Virus record (IMG/VR): IMGVR_UViG_3300038679_000084
Coordinates: 1 to 45,062 of that record
DNA: 45,062 nucleotides
Reading direction: 5' to 3' (one strand)
Source: a virus
Lineage: Duplodnaviria; Caudoviricetes
Positions 14,980 to 23,951 of the stretch are shown one piece after another. Made by a program: the position numbers and the translations under genes. The notes below the pieces were generated by a model, which was given only the letters and a program-made list of their open reading frames with translations, did not search any database and had not been told where the DNA came from. Each line of letters begins with the position of its first letter. The stretch's first letter is position 1.

Positions 14980-16608
14980 TTACCCCCCTGGCACGCGCAT
15001 GCGGCGCCCGTCGGGCGTCACGAACTCAGTTCCCGGAGGAAGCTTGCGCGCTTCGGCCGGGTCGTTGACCACGGGGGGCTCCGCCCCGCCTCCACCGTTT
15101 GGGCGGGGCGTGTTCGGGTCTCCGTAGGCGCCGGCTTCGTACTTGGCGCGGACTTCGCCGAATGCATCCTTATCCTTATAACGCTCAAAGAACTGATCCT
15201 GGAAATCATTCCACCGGGGCTCGCGGCCTTGTCCCTTTTGGTAGCGCCGGAAGGCGATCCATTCCGAGTAGGCGGCTTCCTTGCGGGCCTGTGCCGCCTC
15301 CATCATGTCGAGGGCCATCATATTCGCGCCCGGGAGATGGCGGGCGTTCGGGTACATCCGCTCATAGAACGCGCGATCACCGTCGGAAATCTGCCTGCCG
15401 AGGCCGCCTGTCTCATCGATAAGCATGCGGTTGACGATCGTCTCCACCGCGCCCGCGTTCGTCGCCTGATTGGGCTTTAGCCCTGGTATCCAATTCGCGG
15501 GCAAGCCGAACTCTTGGAGCACGCCCTGCACGGTCTGAAGGCGAGGCGCGAGCGGCCCCGTGTTCATTTCCTCCAGGAGCGCGCGCGCCGTTTGGATGCG
15601 ATACCGGGTATCCGGCGCCGTACGCGCGCTGTCCATGAACGTTTTCTCATCCTGCGCGGCGAGCTTGCCGCGTTCGGCGTCCTCTGCTTTCTCGCCGGGC
15701 AGAACGTTCGTCGTGACCTGCGTTGAAGCTGGCTTTTGCGCCAGGATCGTGCCGTTCTTGCCGTATGGCATGCCGTCGATCAGGAAGGCCGTACCCTCTG
15801 GTAGGAACTTACGCTCTTCATCCGTCGGCGCGCGGGTCGCGGTCCGCGCCTCCTGCGCCGAGAACTTGCGTTCCTCGAGCCCTTGCTGCCGGCCGAATTT
15901 ATACTCGTCGAACGCCTGCCCGCGCCCCTGGCGGGCCTCCGCCTGCCGCTGCACGTCGAGCTGGCCTTGCGCGGTGCCCTGCTGCTGATTGAACTTGGCG
16001 CGTTCCCACGCTTGTTTCTGGTCCTCGCGGGCGTAGGCGGAGTACTGGTCGATAAGCTTGACCTTCTCCTCCGGCGCTATGTCCATCCCGGCGACTTGCC
16101 CCACGATCGTCCCCAGGTCGATCGCCCCCATGCCGAGTTGAGGCGCCTGGCCATACTCGGGCGAAAGCGGCGACGGACCACCTCCCGCGCCGGTGACTTG
16201 CCGGGCCAGCCCAACCCGTGCTTCCGCGCCCTGGCGCGCGGCGTCCTCCGCGCCCGTTTCCTTACGGACCCGCTCGCGCAGCATGTTGTACTGAAGATCC
16301 CGGAGCTGCGTGGCGGTCGGGTCCGTCTCATACCCGCCCGGCTGGAGCATGCCGCCTATAAGCCCGCGCCCGCGCGGGACCTCGCGCTGCACGGGGGGGA
16401 GTGATTGCGGGAGTTCGTATTGTCCGTAGCGTACCGGGTCCGTCTGTCCTTGCGGGGCGTGCGGGTTGCCGATCGTCTCCCTGCCGCCATTCACGCCCTG
16501 GTAGGACTGATACCCCGTGGGCATGCGTTGCGGGCCGCCAGCGGGTTGTTGCGGGCCGCCAGCGGGTTGTTGCGGCGAGAATATCTGTTCAAGCGGGGTC
16601 CCGGCCAT
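14980..16608 (-). CDS. Putative DNA ejection / internal virion protein
   Basis: 542 aa, Gln-rich; GRQISDGDR motif; C-terminal LPPGTEFVTPDG; N-terminal 21-bp repeat (16527-16575). Confidence 0.6.
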   Translation of the reverse strand: MAGTPLEQIFSPQQPAGGPQQPAGGPQRMPTGYQSYQGVNGGRETIGNPHAPQGQTDPVRYGQYELPQSLPPVQREVPRGRGLIGGMLQPGGYETDPTATQLRDLQYNMLRERVRKETGAEDAARQGAEARVGLARQVTGAGGGPSPLSPEYGQAPQLGMGAIDLGTIVGQVAGMDIAPEEKVKLIDQYSAYAREDQKQAWERAKFNQQQGTAQGQLDVQRQAEARQGRGQAFDEYKFGRQQGLEERKFSAQEARTATRAPTDEERKFLPEGTAFLIDGMPYGKNGTILAQKPASTQVTTNVLPGEKAEDAERGKLAAQDEKTFMDSARTAPDTRYRIQTARALLEEMNTGPLAPRLQTVQGVLQEFGLPANWIPGLKPNQATNAGAVETIVNRMLIDETGGLGRQISDGDRAFYERMYPNARHLPGANMMALDMMEAAQARKEAAYSEWIAFRRYQKGQGREPRWNDFQDQFFERYKDKDAFGEVRAKYEAGAYGDPNTPRPNGGGGAEPPVVNDPAEARKLPPGTEFVTPDGRRMRVPGG

Positions 16609-18204
16609 TTACGTTTTCCAAGTCGATGGGATGCCCTTGGGCCTTGGCACGTACCAGTTACCCTGGATAAGGCTCGGCATGCGCGCGCCCGGTATATCAT
16701 GAACCTTCGGCGTGGCGGGAGGCTTGCCCCCGCCTTTCTTGCCGCCCCCACCCTGGGCCTGCTGCTTGCCCTTTGTGGGTTGGCTCATCTGGAGGATTTT
16801 ACTCAATTCACCATCGAAATCATAGGGCGCGCGTTTTGTATCCCCTGAACCAAGCGGGCCTAGAAGACTAGGATCGCGGAACAGGTCATCCACTGAGGCG
16901 CGGCGAACTCGCTCGGTCGTGCTAGGGCCCGCGCTACCTTCGAACTTGCCGCCCTGCCGCCTTTCCGCCGCGCCGTCCCACCGGCGCGCGGTGAACGTAT
17001 TAGGGTCAACCCACTCGGTCGTGACTTTATTGCCACGGTTGCCGGATATCATCTCGACCGCGCCGTCGGGTCGCGAACGGCCCGTGGCGACGCCAACGTG
17101 CCCCCCGACTTGCCCAGGCGTCAGCGGCTGCCCGTCGAACCGGGACCGCAAGCTCACGAGCACGTCGCCCTTCTGGGCGAGGCCTCGCACGGGGCTTCCC
17201 CAGGTGGCGAAGCTTGTCGCCACGTTGCCCGCGCCTGGGATGCCTTGCGACTGCAAGCTCGCCGTCACGAGGGCCGCGCACCACGCTGTCGTTTGCGGGT
17301 CGAGGTTAACGCCGCCCGTCTTCAGGAAGTCCTTAAGCTCATTTCTGTTCACAATTTCGTGTTTGCCGCTAAGGCCCATAATGGCGTCCGTCGCCTTATC
17401 GATCCCGCCGTGCGAGCGCACGGCGGTTTGCCCGAGGTCCTGGGGCGTGCCCCGCGCGGGGATCTGGTAATTGGCGGGAAGCGCGGTAGCGTTCCCCTTA
17501 ACCTCTATCGAGCCGGGAGTGGGTGTATCGAGGGTTTTGGCGTACTCAGCGCCCTTGCGCGTGATCGCGGCGGGGCCGCCTTGGTCGCGGACCGCGTACC
17601 AGCGGTTGCTTTTACCCGCCGCGATCGCGTCCATCGAGAAGTCAACTTGCTTTTGCCAGTTTGAAGCCGACGGTTTCTCGCCGAACTTCTTCTCGAAATC
17701 GCGCCCCATGTATTTCGAGTGGAGCTGGAACGGGCCGAATGCCTGGCCGCCTCTGTCGGGGTTGCCGTAGTCAGGCGCGCTCAGCGTGTTCGGGTTCAAG
17801 CCCTCGTAGCGGGCGATGCCGAGACCAAAGTTCGGGTCAACGCCACGGCGGCGCGCCGACTCTTGGACATATCGCGCGACGGTCGGGACGCCACGGCCGG
17901 GGTCGAGCGGAGTTTTGGCCGGCTGGGGCGGGCTTAGGCCCGCCATATCCATCGGATTACGGCCCACGAGAGCGTTAGGGTCGCGCAAAAGCCGATTATC
18001 AGCACCAAGGCCGGAAGGAAGAAGGCGGTCAGCGCCGCCCGGAGGAAGCGTTCCCATCCCATTCAGATCAGGCCCCGAAGGAGGGAGAGAAGAAGGAAAA
18101 GGAGCGCCCCCCATCCCACGACCGATAGGACCACCAGGACCGACAGGGCCAGGAGAACCTCCAAGGCGATCCGGAGGGCGGATAGGGTCAATGACGCCTC
18201 CCAT
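16609..18204 (-). CDS. Virion-associated peptidoglycan hydrolase (lysozyme-like plus Cys-His CHAP/NlpC-like domain)
   Basis: ARRRGVDP...IARYEG...AFGPFQL (lysozyme-like); TAWCAALV...GDVLV...GHVG...GN (TIGR02594/CHAP-like). Confidence 0.7.
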   Translation of the reverse strand: MGGVIDPIRPPDRLGGSPGPVGPGGPIGRGMGGAPFPSSLPPSGPDLNGMGTLPPGGADRLLPSGLGADNRLLRDPNALVGRNPMDMAGLSPPQPAKTPLDPGRGVPTVARYVQESARRRGVDPNFGLGIARYEGLNPNTLSAPDYGNPDRGGQAFGPFQLHSKYMGRDFEKKFGEKPSASNWQKQVDFSMDAIAAGKSNRWYAVRDQGGPAAITRKGAEYAKTLDTPTPGSIEVKGNATALPANYQIPARGTPQDLGQTAVRSHGGIDKATDAIMGLSGKHEIVNRNELKDFLKTGGVNLDPQTTAWCAALVTASLQSQGIPGAGNVATSFATWGSPVRGLAQKGDVLVSLRSRFDGQPLTPGQVGGHVGVATGRSRPDGAVEMISGNRGNKVTTEWVDPNTFTARRWDGAAERRQGGKFEGSAGPSTTERVRRASVDDLFRDPSLLGPLGSGDTKRAPYDFDGELSKILQMSQPTKGKQQAQGGGGKKGGGKPPATPKVHDIPGARMPSLIQGNWYVPRPKGIPSTWKT

Positions 18205-18216
18205 GCATGTTCGCTC

Positions 18217-18786
18217 CTACCGCGCTGGCGGTGCATTCGTGAGCTGCGTCGCCGGGGCGGACTGCCCGGGTTGCTGCCCTAGGTACTGCCCGAGTAAGCC
18301 GAGCAGCGGGTGCTGTATATTCGGTGCCTGGTACGGACCAGGACCGCCATAGTTCAAGCGCGGGTCGAAGGACTGATAAAGGCTGGTCCACGGAAGGCGG
18401 CCCCCGCTGGGTCCGCCGTAGAAGCCCAGATCGGTCGGGCTGCCGAAGCCAGCGGAAAGCGCCTCGATACTGTTCGGGTTCCCGCCTTGACCGCCCTGGC
18501 CGGGCTGCCACAGCCCGCCGCCGCCCATGCCGCCGCCTCGCTGCCCCATAAGGCTATTGCCGCTGAAATAGTCGGGACCGGCCCCGCCCCCATACGCGTT
18601 CGATCCGCCGGGGTTCGGCGCGTTGGCGGACGCGACCATGCGGTTCATGGCGTTCTGTTTAATGTCCTGCTGTTGCCCAGGCTGCAAGTAGGTCTGGGCG
18701 CGCGCCTCCGGCCGCGTCTCAGGCGCCTGACTCGGCGTCAAGAGTTGCTGCGTCAGAGGGTTGTTCATGATGCCGGTGGAACCCAT
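18217..18786 (-). CDS. Gly/Pro/Gln-rich putative internal virion protein
   Basis: ATG18786 (MGSTG) after a GAAGGA-like RBS region; low complexity; lies in the ejection cluster. Confidence 0.5.
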   Translation of the reverse strand: MGSTGIMNNPLTQQLLTPSQAPETRPEARAQTYLQPGQQQDIKQNAMNRMVASANAPNPGGSNAYGGGAGPDYFSGNSLMGQRGGGMGGGGLWQPGQGGQGGNPNSIEALSAGFGSPTDLGFYGGPSGGRLPWTSLYQSFDPRLNYGGPGPYQAPNIQHPLLGLLGQYLGQQPGQSAPATQLTNAPPAR

Positions 18787-19055
18787 TCCTTCTGCTCCCG
18801 CAACCAATCCGCGACTAGCTTAGCATAACCCGCGATGTCGTCCCAGCTATCGATATAAGACGGGTCGCCATTGGCGATCCGCCCTAGCTTATGAGCGATC
18901 ATGTCGTACCCCTCGCGGATCACGGGGGGCGCGGGCTTCGAGAGGGTGGTCTTGATGATCTGGGTTTTCTCGGCATGCCCCTCGAAAGGACCGTAGAACG
19001 CGCCGCGCGCCTTAATTAAGTCGGATGTATCCAATTTATTTCCCCATGAGTCCAC
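18765..19055 (-). CDS. DUF6378-like small phage protein
   Basis: RGAFYG.F, KLGRIANGD, DSWDDIAGYA motifs; start uncertain. Confidence 0.7.
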   Translation of the reverse strand: MDSWGNKLDTSDLIKARGAFYGPFEGHAEKTQIIKTTLSKPAPPVIREGYDMIAHKLGRIANGDPSYIDSWDDIAGYAKLVADWLREQKEWVPPAS

Positions 19056-19830
19056 CCAGCATGCCGACGCCCTGCATAATGTTTTGCGTCTGCTGCTGCT
19101 GGCGTTGCTGTTCTAGCTGGCGGGCCTGAAGGTTCGAGCTATCCGCCGCCGATTGAGCCTGGACGCCAACGGCGTTAGCCTGCGAGCCCTGTCCGAGATA
19201 GCGCAGCCAGTTGTCGATAGCCTGCTGCTGCTGGCCAAGAAAGTTCCCATAAAGTCCGCTGAGCCCTTGGCTGACCTGCATCTGCATCAGCGGGGCGGAG
19301 GCCTGCAAGCCGATGCCCTCCCGGCTCACGTCGCCGTAGCGTCCCGTGAGTTCGCTGATCGCCTGCCCGCCTTGAAGCGCGCGGTTCAGCTTATTATTCT
19401 CCCAATTGGTCGCGAGGCTGGCCTGGTTCGCGCCTTCGATACCCGCTCCGTAGGGCGTGTTCGCGAGCCCGGACTGCGATAATCGGCTCCGCGTCTGGTC
19501 AAGCGCCTGCCGCTGGAGCGAATTGTAAGTCGCGTTCTGCGGGTCGAGCGCGAGGTCCGCGATCCGCATCCCATAGAGCGGCAGGGCCTGCGATGCGTCG
19601 AGAACATTCTGCCCCTGCTGCACGGCCTGCTGGGGGTTATAACCGCTGGGCGATTGGGGAATATAACCGAGCGACTGGTTGGCCTGCTGGTAGATATTGT
19701 ACAGACCTTTGTCGGCGGCGAGCGTGTTGGTCGCGGCCGTCGCGTTATAGTCCGCGCTTCCCATATTGGAGTGCTGGTAGGTCGGGAAGGGAGTCGAGGC
19801 CCCGCCGCCGCCGCCGCTTGATCCGCCCAT
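19036..19830 (-). CDS. Putative DNA pilot / ejection protein
   Basis: MGGSSGGGG N-terminus, Gln/Ala/Gly-rich, Gly-rich hydrophobic C-terminus. Confidence 0.6.
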   Translation of the reverse strand: MGGSSGGGGGASTPFPTYQHSNMGSADYNATAATNTLAADKGLYNIYQQANQSLGYIPQSPSGYNPQQAVQQGQNVLDASQALPLYGMRIADLALDPQNATYNSLQRQALDQTRSRLSQSGLANTPYGAGIEGANQASLATNWENNKLNRALQGGQAISELTGRYGDVSREGIGLQASAPLMQMQVSQGLSGLYGNFLGQQQQAIDNWLRYLGQGSQANAVGVQAQSAADSSNLQARQLEQQRQQQQTQNIMQGVGMLGGLMGK

Positions 19831-19881
19831 TGACGCTGGCCCCGGTTAATCCTAGCTATAGACTCTAATGCTGGATAGAGT

Positions 19882-20151
19882 CTAGCACGGCGACACAATT
19901 ATACGATAGGACACCCCGCGATGAGAATCAATTCCGCGCTCGCTCGGCTTGGGTGGTTCGACTGGAAAGACTGAGCGTTCGTCGATGCTCCGCGCCATGC
20001 AGCGGAAATGGCCCTTAGGGGCCATTTTCCTAAGCTCCGCGCAGAGTTCCCGCGCCGTCTGCCCCATGCCAAGCGCTGTCTGGTTCCATATCGAACGCTT
20101 CAAGTCGCACGGGGTGGCGAGGGCGCAGACTATCGCGAGGACTTGAACCAT
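19882..20151 (-). CDS. Hypothetical Cys-containing protein
   Basis: ATG20151 (MVQVLAIVC) after GGAAGG; overlaps the upstream gene. Confidence 0.45.
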   Translation of the reverse strand: MVQVLAIVCALATPCDLKRSIWNQTALGMGQTARELCAELRKMAPKGHFRCMARSIDERSVFPVEPPKPSERGIDSHRGVSYRIIVSPC

Positions 20152-20312
20152 GGTTCGCCTTCCATGATAACCGAGTAGAGACAATAGGCCAGCGCGGACG
20201 CGAACATCCACGTCGCGCCACCCGCGAGGCCCTCGGTCAGCGCCGCGATCCAGAAGCCGAGCACCCAGCACACGACGTGGACGCGCGCGCGAATCTCGTC
20301 GGAGCGGCTCAC
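20130..20312 (-). CDS. Small two-TM membrane protein
   Basis: Two hydrophobic stretches in 60 aa; coupled to the upstream stop. Confidence 0.5.
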   Translation of the reverse strand: MSRSDEIRARVHVVCWVLGFWIAALTEGLAGGATWMFASALAYCLYSVIMEGEPWFKSSR

Positions 20313-20533
20313 TTACTGCCCTCCATATGGCGCGCCCATTTGCTCAAGAAGTCTCGGTAGTCGAAGGGCTCTCGGTCGGCGGCCTTCGCCGTTTTCCAGT
20401 CGGTCGGCTGCCGCTCGAAATGCGCCCTCATGCCGTCTTGCAGCTCATGATCAGGCGGGGGGCTCGCCGGCGTAAGGCGTTCATCCAGCCATTCCGCCGG
20501 GTAGATCGGGGGGCGGGGCTCCTGGTCAGCCAT
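20309..20533 (-). CDS. Hypothetical protein
   Basis: GGAG RBS, 74 aa. Confidence 0.55.
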   Translation of the reverse strand: MADQEPRPPIYPAEWLDERLTPASPPPDHELQDGMRAHFERQPTDWKTAKAADREPFDYRDFLSKWARHMEGSK

Positions 20534-20604
20534 CGCGGTTGTCTCCGGCGCGGAGGTACATGAAGAAAAGCGCGGCGAACGATGCCGCGGCGAAGAGAAG
20601 TAGG

Positions 20605-20829
20605 CTAATGCAGAACATCAGCGTCGTCCTCGGTTAGAGAGTCATCATCGCCCAGGGAGCCGACGGAGATGATCTCCGAGATCTCGACGCGAAGCGCATG
20701 CTCATTGACGGGGTTTTCAGTGTCCGTTTCCACGAGCGCGCGGCCTAGTTGGATAAAGAGCGCGCCGAACGCGGATTGTAGGGTGTCAGCCTCGACCGTA
20801 TACGCGATCTCGAACTTCCATTTAGCCAT
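20605..20829 (-). CDS. Acidic hypothetical protein
   Basis: AGGAG RBS before ATG20829 (MAKWKFE). Confidence 0.55.
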   Translation of the reverse strand: MAKWKFEIAYTVEADTLQSAFGALFIQLGRALVETDTENPVNEHALRVEISEIISVGSLGDDDSLTEDDADVLH

Positions 20830-20916
20830 TATAGGTACTCCTATCGATCCAGTCAGCGGCCGCGCAAACAATGATAACCACGTAAACGCCAAAAACGGCG
20901 CCCGCCGCGAACTCCA

Positions 20917-21381
20917 TCATTTCAGCACCTTCCCGAACGTAGCCTCGATGAACTGGTACTCGGGATCGAACGCACGGGGATCGAAGGTCGGCTTATCCCC
21001 TAGAACCTTGGGGATGATCTCCAGCCGGTGAACCCCAAGCTCGCGAGCCTTGCGCTCAACCTCGCGGAACATCGCCGTCGCCACGCCCTGCCCCCGGTAG
21101 GCGGGGTCCACGTAATAGCTGTCCGTGCGGGCGCGGATACAGCGCTGTGTATGCAGCATAGGTGTGGCGAATATGCCGCAATATCCAATCATTTTTCCGT
21201 TATCGCGGGCGACCAGCACGTGGTAGAGCCCCGCGTTCTCGCATTGGAAGTAATAGGGCCATTGCGGATCGAAGGGGTGTTCGGCCCGCCAATTCTGCAC
21301 TTCCTCGAAGTGCCTGCGCATGATGGGGAGAGCCTCCATGCAGCCGTCATGGAAGCTCTCCCACGCATAGGTAACGGCCAT
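20917..21381 (-). CDS. GNAT acetyltransferase
   Basis: YYVDPAYRGQGVA acetyl-CoA-binding motif; LVARDNGKMIGY. Confidence 0.85.
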   Translation of the reverse strand: MAVTYAWESFHDGCMEALPIMRRHFEEVQNWRAEHPFDPQWPYYFQCENAGLYHVLVARDNGKMIGYCGIFATPMLHTQRCIRARTDSYYVDPAYRGQGVATAMFREVERKARELGVHRLEIIPKVLGDKPTFDPRAFDPEYQFIEATFGKVLK

Positions 21382-21383
21382 CG

Positions 21384-21581
21384 TCAGCCTTTCCGGCGCG
21401 GCCCCAGGCTTTTCGGGGTCGGCGCGGCACCCGTGCGCTTCTTGTCGCTGCCAGTGCCCATGTTCGGGTAATCACCGCACATTTTGGCGCCGCCGCCCTT
21501 GATCTGGCCTTCGCCAGTCCAGGTAAAGTCACCGGCGAGCTCGCCCCTGTTGGACGGCTCGCTAAAGAGAGCTTTCTTCAT
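21384..21581 (-). CDS. Small basic hypothetical protein
   Basis: TAATG coupling to the upstream gene, 65 aa. Confidence 0.5.
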   Translation of the reverse strand: MKKALFSEPSNRGELAGDFTWTGEGQIKGGGAKMCGDYPNMGTGSDKKRTGAAPTPKSLGPRRKG

Positions 21582-22093
21582 TATCGCACCTGCTCGAGTT
21601 GCGCCGCGTAGATGGTCATGGTCCCCGCCGTGGCGGCGGTCGCGGTCAGGTTGATGAGGATATCCGCCGTATCCGTCCGCGTGCCAGCGAGCCGGGTCAC
21701 GGCGATCGTGGTCGTGCCTTGCTGACCGAACGACATGACCTCCTGCGTATTAGCACCCGACTTGACGATATTGAACTCGGCATACCAAAGCGCGCCGCTG
21801 GCCGTCACGACGGCGGTAACGTTCTGCGAGCCCCAGTTGAGCGTGAGGGTCTTGGCGTTCGCGTCGGCGGAGTTCACCCCCCAGACACGGAGCACGAAAC
21901 CCTGCCCGACCTTGGTCAGCGTACCGGCGGAGAGGGTGTGCCTGAGCACGACGTTGGCGCCGGTGCCACTCGTGGTCAGGCTGACGCGGGTCGCGATGCG
22001 GCCATCGACGCCGTTGTTGATCTCGAACCTCAGATCGTTCTTGAGGCCTGTATTAGTCGGGGGGTTATTGACTTCATTGACGATATTGAGCAC
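21581..22093 (-). CDS. Putative virion structural / decoration protein (beta-rich)
   Basis: AAGGAG RBS; Thr/Ala/Gly-rich; resembles the C-terminal domain of 23941..25722. Confidence 0.55.
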   Translation of the reverse strand: MLNIVNEVNNPPTNTGLKNDLRFEINNGVDGRIATRVSLTTSGTGANVVLRHTLSAGTLTKVGQGFVLRVWGVNSADANAKTLTLNWGSQNVTAVVTASGALWYAEFNIVKSGANTQEVMSFGQQGTTTIAVTRLAGTRTDTADILINLTATAATAGTMTIYAAQLEQVR

Positions 22094-22158
22094 GGGTGCA
22101 TCTCCTTTCCGTGAGATGCGCGAAGCCTAGCGTATACCGAGCGACTTCGCAACGCGTC

Positions 22159-23439
22159 CTAGGGATCGAACAGACCTAGATTAATCGCGTCGATCGTCGC
22201 TTGCGCCCCAAGCGTGTGCGTGGCCTCCGAAGGGTGTAGCCCGTCCGAAGTGGCATAGTTCGCGGCTCCGGTCGTTATCCACTTGTCCTCTGTCCCGGGC
22301 TCCTTGACATAGGGCAGCGCGTCAACCGCGCCTTCGAGAAGGCCGGACGTAATCAGGTCATCGATCGCCAACCTAAGGTTGAACCGTGGCTTACCGGTCG
22401 TTATCGTAGCCACGTATTGATCGTTGGCCGCGACGGTTTGGTTGGCCTCGGTCGCCCAAGAATCGGTCGAACTCGTCTTACATAGGACTTTCGACGCAAC
22501 CGCCTTAGCCCCAGCTCTCGCCGCCTTCCAGTCCGTTACGGCGGACTCCCAATCCGTCAGCACATTGCCGACACCGAGTGAGTTCTCGCCGAGCTCATAG
22601 AGCAAATGCGAGGCGTAGTCCTGGAACAACGCGAGCTTAACCGGAGAGTTACCAACACGCACGCTGGCGATCGTCGCGCCGGGCCGGGCCATGTTCCAGA
22701 GATAATAGCCTTCCGAGCCAAACCCGCGCGCGACATAGCCGCGATTACCGTAGGTGTCGCCTTCGGTTACCACCTCGGCTGCGCCATAGCCGATGCTATC
22801 CCCGAGCAGAAACACGCACTCCACGGGGCTCCCATCGACGGGGGTGCCTAGAATGCCGACTGGACCCACGCTATTAAGTCCCGTCGGACTGCCGTACGCG
22901 GAAGCCCCCGTGAAAACATCCTCGACGGTGGAAAGGGTCGCGCTCTGTGAAAAACCCTCGCTTCGCGCGGCGGAGAGGTAATAGGATGACGTGGGGGCGC
23001 CTTCCGTCGCCGTCACGGTCCAGAGCGTATGGACAAAAAACTCGGCGAAAGCGCCACACGTCGCGGCGGGGATAGGATCGGATATGGCGATCCCGGCGGC
23101 TGGGATGCTCACGTATCCCGGCGCCCCGCCCCACGTCGGCTCCAGGCGGCCGCCCCCGCTCACTAGCTCAAACGAACCTCGTACGGCGGCGGTCCCGACG
23201 TCGGTTAATTCCGCCCCAGAGAAGTTATGATAAAAATTCGCGTAAACAAGCCGGATGTCCTTCATGGCTTTCCGGCCGTTGCGAAAGGCCACCTTTACCG
23301 CGCGATTGGCCGTGGTGGATGTTGTCGTGATTTTACTGACAGCAATATTAACGCGGGATCCTATCTGCGTGATGGATGCTGGAAGCGCCGAACCCGTCGA
23401 GAAGCCGGTATGGCGCGCGAATCTCCGCCTGCGGTCCAT
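22159..23439 (-). CDS. SGNH/GDSL hydrolase domain tail protein
   Basis: Block I LGDSI, NMARPG, ELGENS, block V DGLHP. Confidence 0.8.
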   Translation of the reverse strand: MDRRRRFARHTGFSTGSALPASITQIGSRVNIAVSKITTTSTTANRAVKVAFRNGRKAMKDIRLVYANFYHNFSGAELTDVGTAAVRGSFELVSGGGRLEPTWGGAPGYVSIPAAGIAISDPIPAATCGAFAEFFVHTLWTVTATEGAPTSSYYLSAARSEGFSQSATLSTVEDVFTGASAYGSPTGLNSVGPVGILGTPVDGSPVECVFLLGDSIGYGAAEVVTEGDTYGNRGYVARGFGSEGYYLWNMARPGATIASVRVGNSPVKLALFQDYASHLLYELGENSLGVGNVLTDWESAVTDWKAARAGAKAVASKVLCKTSSTDSWATEANQTVAANDQYVATITTGKPRFNLRLAIDDLITSGLLEGAVDALPYVKEPGTEDKWITTGAANYATSDGLHPSEATHTLGAQATIDAINLGLFDP

Positions 23440-23441
23440 GC

Positions 23442-23729
23442 TTACCCCAATACTGGCTCAACCGCGACGGACACTGTCGCGCCCCCCGCCACCATGACGA
23501 GGCCATTGGAGAACTGCATGAAGGGTAGCGCGATCCGATCCATCGCGTTCGCGGGCGACGCCCCAGTCTGCACGACGCAAAGGCGATTGCCCGCCGCCGC
23601 CGCCCCCGTGGTAGCCGCGTCGTGGAAAGTCACGGCGGCGCTATCGGAGAGAATGCAGATCGTGGCGAGCGTGCCCGCGCCTAACGCGATCTGTACGGTG
23701 CCGGTCTGGTTAAGGTACGTGCGCTGCAT
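23442..23729 (-). CDS. Small beta-rich virion protein
   Basis: 95 aa, tightly packed within the tail cluster. Confidence 0.55.
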   Translation of the reverse strand: MQRTYLNQTGTVQIALGAGTLATICILSDSAAVTFHDAATTGAAAAGNRLCVVQTGASPANAMDRIALPFMQFSNGLVMVAGGATVSVAVEPVLG

Positions 23730-23732
23730 GGA

Positions 23733-23951
23733 TCACCCGTCCGCCGCTATCCGAATATCGAGCGCCGTCTTCCAGCGCATGAGATGAACTAATTCCTCGA
23801 AAGTCAAGATAAACTCGGTCCCGTCCGGGCGCGAAAGGTGAACCTTCCCGCCGCGCGAAACGAGACCGGCCTGTAAGCCGTCGTCCCCGATGGGACGGGG
23901 AACGGCGTATCGAACGAGCGTGCTGCCGGTAATCTTCAACTCAGGCTCCAT
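23733..23951 (-). CDS. Hypothetical protein (possible tail fibre chaperone)
   Basis: ATG23951 (MEPELK) in the C-terminal part of track ORF 23733..24254; fills the gap between tail genes. Confidence 0.4.
   Translation of the reverse strand: MEPELKITGSTLVRYAVPRPIGDDGLQAGLVSRGGKVHLSRPDGTEFILTFEELVHLMRWKTALDIRIAADG

Noticed and set aside
20150-20158. Self-target for array 1 unit 5 (ATGGTTCGC = revcomp of spacer B)
   Set aside because: Adjacent sequence does not match spacer A (GTCCTGCCC).
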